IMG/VR virus record: IMGVR_UViG_2681813320_000010
Location: 1-5,088 of that record
From: a virus
Taxonomy: Duplodnaviria; Heunggongvirae; Uroviricota; Caudoviricetes
Reading direction: 5' to 3' (one strand)
DNA length: 5,088 nt
A program made the position numbers and the translations under genes. The notes under the pieces were generated by a model. The model worked only from the letters and a program-made list of their open reading frames with translations. It ran no database searches and was not told where the DNA came from. Below, in pieces: positions 1-4,675 of the stretch (positions are counted from its first letter, which is position 1; every line of letters begins with the position of its first letter).

Positions 1-799
1 TTCCGGCATCCACATCACCAGGCCAGAGAGCGTAGGCCAGTTCGTCATCCAGTGTTTTCCATGTCTGCTTGTATTCGCGATGAATGGCAGCAATGACCAG
101 GCTGATTTTTCCTGTTGAATTTTCAGTGTGCTGTTGATTGACTCTGGCGCGGGCGAGATCAACAACAGACGTGTATTTTCCGGTTTCCTTGCGTTCACCT
201 TCGCGACGTTTTTTCCAGATGCGCATCTCTGCCTGAATTTCGGGCCATTTGGCACCAGGCTTACATTTATGCTTAACCCACCCGATGGCATGCAGCTTAA
301 GCTCCGGATACATGGCGTTAACTTCTGGCATTTTCATCAACGCTTCAACGATATGTCCGTCGAATGTTGCCATGTCTTCCTGCAACAATTCCTGTGCGCT
401 AATAACCATATCAACGGTGATGTTTTCACATGTGTCGAACTTAACCATGACAGCGTTCTGTACTTCAGGGGCCAGCTTGTCAAAAGTGACGTTCATCGGA
501 TCGGATTCAGTCTCAACCGGGACAAAGGAAGCAGACTCCTCATCCCAGCGGTTTTCCTGCATATATTCAGCATCCCAGGAATCGAGGGCAGGGCGGGGTA
601 TACCGGGTTTATCCTCGCAGACAAGAAATTTATAAGCGCAGTCCTGAGCAGCCGGATAATGTTCCAGGAATTGCCAGTGAAATTTTGCGCGGGCGCGACG
701 TTCATCACCGGCTTCAATGGCAGTGGCTACAGCGACGGCACCTTCTTCCTTTATTGCCTGTTCGTCCGGAATGGCGGCGCAAATAAAGACTTTACTCAT
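1..799 (-). CDS. Hypothetical prophage early-region protein, N-terminal 266 codons (3-prime end lies beyond the window start)
   Basis: Minus-strand frame is open from ATG at 799-797 to the window edge (manual translation, begins MSKVFICAAIPDEQAIKEEGAVAVATAIEAGDERRARAKFHWQF). Composition is acidic and protein-like. GAGGT Shine-Dalgarno lies 8 nt upstream. The track ORF 128..859 (+) is its Phe/Cys/His-rich antisense shadow. Function not recognised; position suggests a recombination or early-left module gene, which is positional inference only. Confidence 0.6.
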   Translation of the reverse strand, partial: MSKVFICAAIPDEQAIKEEGAVAVATAIEAGDERRARAKFHWQFLEHYPAAQDCAYKFLVCEDKPGIPRPALDSWDAEYMQENRWDEESASFVPVETESDPMNVTFDKLAPEVQNAVMVKFDTCENITVDMVISAQELLQEDMATFDGHIVEALMKMPEVNAMYPELKLHAIGWVKHKCKPGAKWPEIQAEMRIWKKRREGERKETGKYTSVVDLARARVNQQHTENSTGKISLVIAAIHREYKQTWKTLDDELAYALWPGDVDAG

Positions 800-891
800 T
801 TTGTTTTACCTCATTACAGATTTAAGGGTGAACAAATCCCTGCCATTGCTGGCATATAAGAATGAAACCGGATATTTATTACGGAACTGTT

Positions 892-1083
892 TTAAAGACC
901 TGCCGGGATTTCGTTATTATCCTGGTGAATAACTTTATCGACCGGGTAACAGTTACCGGGAATTTTCTGTTCTGCTGCGGCAGCCATGCATTCTTTCATT
1001 GAGTTGTACATGCCGGTGATTGCATCAAGCGACTCACCAGTATTGAGATATACAGTCAGAATGAGTATGAATAATGTGTTCAT
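892..1083 (-). CDS. Small hypothetical protein (63 aa) with hydrophobic N-terminal segment, candidate small membrane protein
   Basis: ATG at 1083-1081 preceded by GGAGAG Shine-Dalgarno (5-nt spacing); the track ORF 892..1089 starts 2 codons earlier at GTG. Product MNTLFILILTVYLNTGES... has a hydrophobic stretch at the N-terminus. Its start overlaps the stop of the upstream gene in an ATGA junction. Stop TAA at 894-892. Confidence 0.45.
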   Translation of the reverse strand: MNTLFILILTVYLNTGESLDAITGMYNSMKECMAAAAEQKIPGNCYPVDKVIHQDNNEIPAGL

Positions 1084-1268
1084 CGCCACTCTCCGAAAAT
1101 ACCGAGTTTAAGAAGGGCAATTCTGGAGAGTATGGAATTGTCATTCAGCAGGTAGGGTTCATATTTTCTCATATTGATTGCATCCTCGGTGAAATCCCTG
1201 TTACTGAGCAGAACACCAATATTAAAGCACCCGTCAGACGTATTAACGTTTGGTAGTGACGTTTCCAT
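1080..1268 (-). CDS. Small hypothetical protein (62 aa), translationally coupled to the downstream small membrane protein gene
   Basis: ATG at 1268-1266 with GAGGA Shine-Dalgarno 7 nt upstream. The longer track ORF 1080..1373 starts at GTG with no ribosome-binding site and runs through the inverted repeat, so the shorter start is preferred. Stop TGA overlaps the next ATG (ATGA). Confidence 0.4.
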   Translation of the reverse strand: METSLPNVNTSDGCFNIGVLLSNRDFTEDAINMRKYEPYLLNDNSILSRIALLKLGIFGEWR

Positions 1269-1285
1269 TATCGCGTCCTCAACAA

Positions 1286-1433
1286 TGAATTTTGTGATGC
1301 GGTGCCTGGTGCCTCCAGGTGACGTTAACCAGTTAACAATTAACGCCGGATACAGAGAATCCACCCATAACACTGTTTTTGGTTTTAACTGTTCCGCGTG
1401 CGCTCAGCCGCATTCACCACATCACAAAATTCA
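1286..1433. repeat. 19-bp imperfect inverted repeat pair bracketing a 110-bp spacer
   Basis: 1286-1304 TGAATTTTGTGATGCGGTG; 1415-1433 CACCACATCACAAAATTCA, the reverse complement with 1 mismatch (18/19). The spacer 1305-1414 holds a GGTGCCT tandem direct repeat (1301-1314), a CCTGG/CCAGG palindrome and three closely spaced TTAAC motifs (1325-1344). The left arm ends 18 nt upstream of the ATG at 1268. Confidence 0.6.
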
Positions 1434-1827
1434 CTTTAAAAAGGGCGGCAGAGCAGTCACGGAGTAAAACTGATACCGCCAAAAGTCACCAGAAAATTGA
1501 TAACAGAGGGCGTTGCAGCGGAGTTGTCACTTAAGCGTATGGTCAACCTGACAACCCGGTGTCCTCAACGGGGGAAGGAATAACCCCGCCATACTTACCG
1601 CCGCGCCATTTCGCGGAGTGCCACAACCGGAAGCGCACGGTCGAACTAAATTTAACGACACCGTACAGAGAGACCAATTTCGCCGTGCGCTTTCGCGTTA
1701 TGCCCTGACTTTTCAGGGACATATCCTTTCAGTAAACTGTCAGTGCCGGATGTTCACCCGTGTCCGGCGCACGCACTCCACCTGACCCGTGGAGAACTCC
1801 TTAATTACCAACCCTCAGGAGGGTGAA
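1434..1827. other. ORF-poor, GC-richer structured intergenic region between the plus-strand 92-aa gene and the minus-strand small-gene operon
   Basis: No ORF of 60 codons or more in any frame across about 1468-1788. By hand count about 57% GC over 1541-1700, against AT-rich flanking small genes. Hairpins: CCGCG-ccattt-CGCGG (about 1600-1616), CCCTGA-cttt-TCAGGG (1703-1718), GCCGGA-12nt-TCCGGC (about 1744-1767). GTGCGC/GCGCAC recurs four times. Weak candidate plus-strand promoter: -35 TTTTCA at 1710-1715, -10 TAAACT at 1733-1738. Confidence 0.4.
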
Positions 1828-2106
1828 ATGGATAAAAAGCAAATTGAGGCCCTGCAATCTATTATTGAAAAACAAGATGAAGCTATCAGGATTCTTTCAT
1901 ATCGCACTGATATGATACTAAATATGCTTTCTGCATTAACGGCTGCGCTTGGTGGTACAAAAACAAACGTATACCGCGAAGTTGTTATTCAACAGATAGA
2001 TAAATTTGAAAAAACCATACCAGGTATTAATGCTCATCTTGCAGAACAAGAGAAAGACCATGCTCTTATGGCAATTTCTTCAGTAGCTCTCCCGAAAGTT
2101 GAGTAG
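1828..2106 (+). CDS. Hypothetical 92-aa coiled-coil-like protein, transcribed opposite to the surrounding early-left genes
   Basis: ATG at 1828 preceded by strong AGGAGGG Shine-Dalgarno (1817-1823); the track ORF begins upstream at GTG 1789 with no ribosome-binding site. Product MDKKQIEALQSIIEKQDEAIRILSYRTDMILNMLSALTAALGG... is balanced and heptad-like. Stop TAG at 2104-2106. The 3-prime 41 nt overlap the convergent 133-aa gene. Confidence 0.5.
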   Translation: MDKKQIEALQSIIEKQDEAIRILSYRTDMILNMLSALTAALGGTKTNVYREVVIQQIDKFEKTIPGINAHLAEQEKDHALMAISSVALPKVE

Positions 2107-2467
2107 TTTTAATTGTTGTTTTGAAATAATCACTGCTTTCACATTTGAGTGATTTCATGGCAATCCAAATGCGGGCCTCTGTGCCTGCATTTGGTTCCAG
2201 TTGCTGTAGACGTTTTGCGTCTTCCAAAAGTAAGGCGATAATGTGTTTCAGCTTCTCATCATTTGCTTGATTCTTGTTTTCAGGCGAATTCTGTCCGCCG
2301 AATAGGCGCTTCTCTTCATACAGACCTATAAAGGCACGACGCACGTTACCGGATATAGTATCGATGGTTTCCTTTTCTACAGTACTCAGGTCAAGAGTCG
2401 CCAGTTGAGAGCGAACCACATTCGCTGCCATTTCCTGGAATGGCATTGGTAAATCTTTAAATTCCAT
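2066..2467 (-). CDS. Hypothetical early-left protein (133 aa)
   Basis: ATG at 2467-2465 with GAGG Shine-Dalgarno 6 nt upstream, 22 nt after the stop of the upstream 72-aa gene (operon-like). Protein-like composition (MEFKDLPMPFQEMAANVVRSQLATLDLSTVEKETIDTISG...). No family recognised. The last 13 codons overlap the plus-strand gene, so the true 3-prime end is uncertain. Confidence 0.5.
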   Translation of the reverse strand: MEFKDLPMPFQEMAANVVRSQLATLDLSTVEKETIDTISGNVRRAFIGLYEEKRLFGGQNSPENKNQANDEKLKHIIALLLEDAKRLQQLEPNAGTEARIWIAMKSLKCESSDYFKTTIKTTQLSGELLKKLP

Positions 2468-2489
2468 TATTAGCCTCGTTGGTTAGCTA

Positions 2490-2708
2490 TTAACGTGGGT
2501 ATGTAACCATTCTGGCAATGCTTAATGCCGCTGCTTTTTCCAGCCTGGTGATATCCTGCTCCAGAGCGGACAGATTTTCAGCCTGCTTAGTCCTGGCTTC
2601 ATTGGCCCATTTCAGATCCTGCGCTGCATTAATTTTCTGGCGCATCCACTCATAAAGTTCATCATCGGTATAGTCTGGCGCGATGATGACGGGTTCTCGT
2701 TTCTGCAT
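2490..2708 (-). CDS. Hypothetical small early-left protein (72 aa), predicted helical/coiled-coil
   Basis: ATG at 2708-2706 with GAGGAA Shine-Dalgarno 6 nt upstream; stop TAA at 2492-2490. Product MQKREPVIIAPDYTDDELYEWMRQKINAAQDLKWANEARTKQAENLSALEQDITRLEKAAALSIARMVTYPR is charged and helix-prone. No family recognised. Confidence 0.5.
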   Translation of the reverse strand: MQKREPVIIAPDYTDDELYEWMRQKINAAQDLKWANEARTKQAENLSALEQDITRLEKAAALSIARMVTYPR

Positions 2709-2737
2709 ACTGATTCCTCGCGGTGCTGTTTCGCTTA

Positions 2738-2866
2738 TCAGCCGTTAGATTTTGCCGAACTGGAAAGCGCCTGTTTAAATTCGTTGAAGCTGAGAGCTTC
2801 TTCGCCTTCGGCAAGACCTTCGAAGTATTCTTCGTAAGCCTTTTCCATGATTGTGTCGAAATCCAT
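2738..2866 (-). CDS. Small acidic hypothetical protein (42 aa), absent from the ORF track because it is short
   Basis: Manual translation from ATG 2866-2864 to TGA 2740-2738: MDFDTIMEKAYEEYFEGLAEGEEALSFNEFKQALSSSAKSNG. AGGTGA Shine-Dalgarno-like sequence upstream; ATG lies 1 nt after the stop of the upstream 51-aa ORF. The overlapping track ORFs 2662..2871 (-) and 2723..2920 (+) have basic or antisense-like low-complexity products and are considered shadows. Resembles the small Rac-prophage ydaF/ydaG-type genes by size and position, from memory only. Confidence 0.4.
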   Translation of the reverse strand: MDFDTIMEKAYEEYFEGLAEGEEALSFNEFKQALSSSAKSNG

Positions 2867-2867
2867 A

Positions 2868-3023
2868 TCACTCACCTGAGTTTCTTTCCAGCCAGCGACG
2901 GGCACCATTTTCGGTTTTAAACGTTTTGCTTTTGGTATACGTCATCGCGGTGAACGTACCGTCCTGGTTGGGGAACACGCCACATACCAGAGATTCGCTG
3001 TTGCCAAGATCGATAGTATCCAT
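2868..3023 (-). CDS. Small hypothetical protein (51 aa); first gene after the candidate OL/pL region (alternative upstream start at 3104 would give 78 aa)
   Basis: ATG at 3023-3021 with GAGGT Shine-Dalgarno 4 nt upstream: MDTIDLGNSESLVCGVFPNQDGTFTAMTYTKSKTFKTENGARRWLERNSGE; stop TGA 2870-2868. The track ORF extends to ATG 3104 with an N-rich hydrophobic extension of doubtful coding character. Start choice is unresolved. Confidence 0.45.
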   Translation of the reverse strand: MDTIDLGNSESLVCGVFPNQDGTFTAMTYTKSKTFKTENGARRWLERNSGE

Positions 3024-3199
3024 GCTGACCTCATTTCCCCTTAACGCCGGGGTAGCGGAACAAAAACCTGCTGCATAGTTATTAAAGTTGAACCCTGCCG
3101 TCATGTTCTTACGCCTCGGGCTGGCTACTTAACCCCTGACCACTGCCGGGTAACTCGAAGTATTGCCTGGCGTTCTGTGGGGCGGGGTGGGTTGATGAA

Positions 3200-3250
3200 T
3201 GAACAATACCACTACTATTTAATTATGTAAATAGCAGTGCTATTATCGTG
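3200..3250 (-). promoter_or_regulatory. Candidate OL/pL-like operator-promoter region for the early-left operon
   Basis: Overlapping palindromes: CTATTTA-ATTATG-TAAATAG (3215-3234) and AAATAG-CAGTG-CTATTA (3229-3245), plus a degenerate copy CAATAC-CACTA-CTATTT (3204-3220); same half-site family as the OR region. Candidate minus-strand promoter: -35 TTTACA (3229-3224), 17-nt spacer, -10 TATTGT (3206-3201). Lies between the terminator of the repressor operon and the first early-left gene. Confidence 0.4.
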
Positions 3251-3252
3251 GC

Positions 3253-3278
3253 AAGAAAAAAACCACCCGAAGGTGGTT
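3253..3278 (-). terminator. Rho-independent terminator of the repressor-antitoxin-toxin operon
   Basis: On the minus strand: 7-bp stem AACCACC/GGTGGTT with a UUCG tetraloop (plus 3261-3278), followed by a U-run (plus 3256-3260 AAAAA; transcript GGUGGUUUUUUUCUU). Begins 15 nt downstream of the toxin stop codon (3295-3293). Confidence 0.7.
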
Positions 3279-3292
3279 GTTGACAGGAAGGA

Positions 3293-3583
3293 TTAACAGG
3301 TTTTGTTTGGATACTGTCTTCGTGAGTGAACTACATTTACGATCTCGATGTTAGATGCTGTTACTCGGTAAAGTATTATGTAGTTAGGATGAGTCACTAT
3401 CTCACGAAGACTTGGAACTCTTTCGCTCGGTGGGTACAGATAAGGGTGTTCAGTAAGTGACAAAACTGATGTTTCAATGCGTATTTTTAGTCTACGTGCA
3501 GCGGGAGGGTTTTCCTTAGCAATATAGGCTACGATCTGACGTAAATCATCACGTGCAGAAGGTAGCCATAAAATGGGCAGCAT
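3293..3583 (-). CDS. parE: Type II toxin, ParE/RelE superfamily (ParE-like), 96 aa
   Basis: Product MLPILWLPSARDDLRQIVAYIAKENPPAARRLKIRIETSVLSLTEHPYLYPPSERVPSLREIVTHPNYIILYRVTASNIEIVNVVHSRRQYP shows the ParE pattern: W-x-x-x-A-x-x-DL-x-x-I-x-x-YIA, an R-x-L/I-E region, R-E/L-V/I then YRV then I-x-I-x-x-V-x-H, and a terminal RQ-x-P. ATG overlaps the upstream antitoxin stop by 1 nt (TAATG). Family assignment is from memory of ParE sequences; parE is a family-level symbol only. Confidence 0.8.
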   Translation of the reverse strand: MLPILWLPSARDDLRQIVAYIAKENPPAARRLKIRIETSVLSLTEHPYLYPPSERVPSLREIVTHPNYIILYRVTASNIEIVNVVHSRRQYPNKTC

Positions 3584-3774
3584 TACTCACTCCTGTTCGT
3601 TGCAGCTAATTGAGCAATAAGGTTTTCCATTTCAGCCATTACTTCGTCATGTGGAATTGCAGGACGGGGATCTGAGAGGCTTGCTGCCACTTTGGTTCGC
3701 AACCATTCGTTATAGCTGTTTTCTTGTTCGACTGTTTCAAATTCAGAAATTATCGGGGAAAGGGCTGTACTCAT
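3583..3774 (-). CDS. paaA: Small antitoxin (63 aa) paired with the ParE-like toxin; resembles PaaA-type antitoxins of three-component ParE systems
   Basis: ATG at 3774-3772 with GGAGG Shine-Dalgarno 7 nt upstream, 17 nt after the repressor stop; stop overlaps the toxin start. Product MSTALSPIISEFETVEQENSYNEWLRTKVAASLSDPRPAIPHDEVMAEMENLIAQLAATNRSE is small, acidic and likely disordered, typical of type II antitoxins. The PaaA-like call rests on gene order and recollection, not a search; paaA is a family-level symbol only. Confidence 0.7.
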   Translation of the reverse strand: MSTALSPIISEFETVEQENSYNEWLRTKVAASLSDPRPAIPHDEVMAEMENLIAQLAATNRSE

Positions 3775-3791
3775 GTTTTTACCTCCTCAGA

Positions 3792-4292
3792 TTAGGCGCG
3801 ACGACCCTTTTGCGCAGCTAGCCATCGCGCAACGATTTCTTCAATTGATTCTTTTTTCTCCTTCATTTCCTTAAGCATTTTCTCTTTATCTTCTTTGGGG
3901 AAAGCCCTGAACGTCTGGAGCAAATCCCGCTCCATGGGGTCTATATTAAACGGAAGTTCGTTTTCCGATTGTTCCATATCTGCAGATATAGTGACAACAT
4001 TGTCCTCCCCAGATTCTTGGGGATACATCCTTACAATTTGTAACAACTCGGCCATATCTGGTCTGATTGACTCGGGAGGAACTTGCAGCAACCCTGCGAA
4101 CTTGATAACAGCCTCAAGATTTAAAGGTGTCTGACCATTTAGATAATGGCTTACAGCTCCCTGTGTCGAAAATCCCAGAATTTCTGCCGCACGCTCTTGG
4201 GTTAACCCTAGTTGATTTTTTTTCGCCGTCCAGATTTCTTTCAGTCTCTGGGCGGCTTGCAGGTCGATCTCTGACAGGGATTTTCTTTTCAT
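3792..4292 (-). CDS. paaR: HTH (XRE/Cro-CI family) transcriptional repressor, 166 aa; CI analogue and first gene of the repressor-antitoxin-toxin operon
   Basis: N-terminal helix-turn-helix signature LTQERAAEILGFSTQGAVSHYLNGQTP. C-terminal region is Lys/Glu-rich with no recognisable LexA/S24-type autocleavage motif. Divergent from the Cro-like gene across an operator-rich 107-bp region. AAGG ribosome-binding site almost abuts the ATG, so the leader is poor. paaR is assigned by operon architecture, moderately confident. Confidence 0.8.
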   Translation of the reverse strand: MKRKSLSEIDLQAAQRLKEIWTAKKNQLGLTQERAAEILGFSTQGAVSHYLNGQTPLNLEAVIKFAGLLQVPPESIRPDMAELLQIVRMYPQESGEDNVVTISADMEQSENELPFNIDPMERDLLQTFRAFPKEDKEKMLKEMKEKKESIEEIVARWLAAQKGRRA

Positions 4293-4399
4293 ACCTTCAA
4301 TTCTAATAAGATTATTAATCTCTTTGAAATAGTGATGCTATTTACTTTTAAAAATAACAATGCTATTAATGATCGTGATGACATCACATGAGGTGAACA
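4293..4399. promoter_or_regulatory. Candidate OR-like divergent operator-promoter region between repressor and Cro-like gene
   Basis: Two 17-bp palindromic sites spaced 25 bp centre to centre: AAATAG-TGATG-CTATTT (4327-4343) and AAATAA-CAATG-CTATTA (4352-4368). A separate perfect palindrome GTGATG-a-CATCAC (4375-4387) sits just before the GAGGTG Shine-Dalgarno of the Cro-like gene. Candidate rightward promoter: -35 TTTACT (4341-4346), -10 TATTAA (4364-4369), overlapping the operators. Confidence 0.55.
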
Positions 4400-4675
4400 A
4401 TGAATCTTGGAGAATATTTGCATCATTCCGGTATAACTCAGAAGCATTTTGCTGAAATTGTTGGGGTAACCCAAGGGATGGTAAGCCATGTCATTACCGG
4501 ACGGGCGAAACTTACGGGGAAAAAAATTTTACGCTGGTGCGAAGCAACAGGCTGGATAGTAACTCCGCACGAGATTGATGGCAGTACTTATCCCAACCCA
4601 ACCGACGGCTTACCTGTCGAGTATCAGGCTAACACACAACCAGAGGCGGGGGTGATTCATGAAAATCAAGCATGA
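4400..4675 (+). CDS. ydaS: Cro-like HTH DNA-binding protein, YdaS-type (91 aa)
   Basis: ATG at 4400 with GAGGTG Shine-Dalgarno 4 nt upstream. HTH signature ITQKHFAEIVGVTQGMVSHVITG. Divergent from the repressor and followed by an overlapping YdaT-like gene, the arrangement of the Rac-type ydaS-ydaT pair. Assignment from motif and synteny. Confidence 0.75.
   Translation: MNLGEYLHHSGITQKHFAEIVGVTQGMVSHVITGRAKLTGKKILRWCEATGWIVTPHEIDGSTYPNPTDGLPVEYQANTQPEAGVIHENQA

Noticed and set aside
249-717. Track ORFs 249..635 (+) and 493..717 (-)
   Set aside because: Alternative frames inside the minus-strand gene with Ser/Cys-rich or low-complexity products and no ribosome-binding sites; considered frame shadows.
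128-859. Track ORF on the plus strand (243 aa)
   Set aside because: Product is Phe/Cys/His-rich with antisense-like composition. The opposite strand carries a clean, acidic, protein-like open frame with a ribosome-binding site at 799, so this is the shadow of the minus-strand gene.
1269-1373. N-terminal extension of the track ORF 1080..1373 (GTG start, 97 aa)
   Set aside because: No ribosome-binding site at the GTG, and the extension runs through the inverted repeat arm and tandem repeats. The internal ATG at 1268 with GAGGA is preferred, though the longer form cannot be excluded.
717-1467. Track ORFs 717..932 (+), 1074..1256 (+) and 1174..1467 (+)
   Set aside because: All are antisense to, or span, the minus-strand small genes and the inverted repeat region, lack Shine-Dalgarno sequences and have odd composition. 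The minus-strand genes with ribosome-binding sites and ATGA coupling explain the DNA better.
1543-1722. 59-aa minus-strand ORF inside the GC-rich intergenic region
   Set aside because: Arg/Lys/Gly-rich low-complexity product (MSLKSQGITRKRTAKLVSLYGVV...) typical of chance ORFs in GC-rich DNA, and its Shine-Dalgarno abuts the ATG. Kept only as a remote possibility of an N-like basic protein.
2128-2152. ATCACT/AGTGAT hairpin downstream of the plus-strand 92-aa gene as a possible terminator
   Set aside because: Stem is AT-rich and short with a 13-nt loop and no following U-run, and it lies inside the 133-aa coding sequence; not a convincing intrinsic terminator.
2662-3078. Track ORFs 2662..2871 (-), 2723..2920 (+) and 2851..3078 (+)
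   Set aside because: They overlap the 42-aa and 51-aa minus-strand ORFs in other frames or antisense, with very basic or Phe-rich low-complexity products. The acidic small ORFs with ribosome-binding sites are the more plausible coding frames.
3280-3285. Perfect TTGACA hexamer on the plus strand
   Set aside because: It lies at the 3-prime end of the toxin gene with no acceptable -10 element at 16-18 bp spacing, so it is probably a chance match and not a promoter.
3895-4134. Track ORF on the plus strand (79 aa) inside the repressor gene
   Set aside because: Antisense to the well-supported HTH repressor, Ser-rich, no ribosome-binding site.
4289-4489. Track ORF on the minus strand (66 aa) spanning the OR region and the Cro-like start
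   Set aside because: Covers the operator/promoter region and is antisense to the Cro-like gene; Leu/Ile/Ser-rich with no ribosome-binding site.
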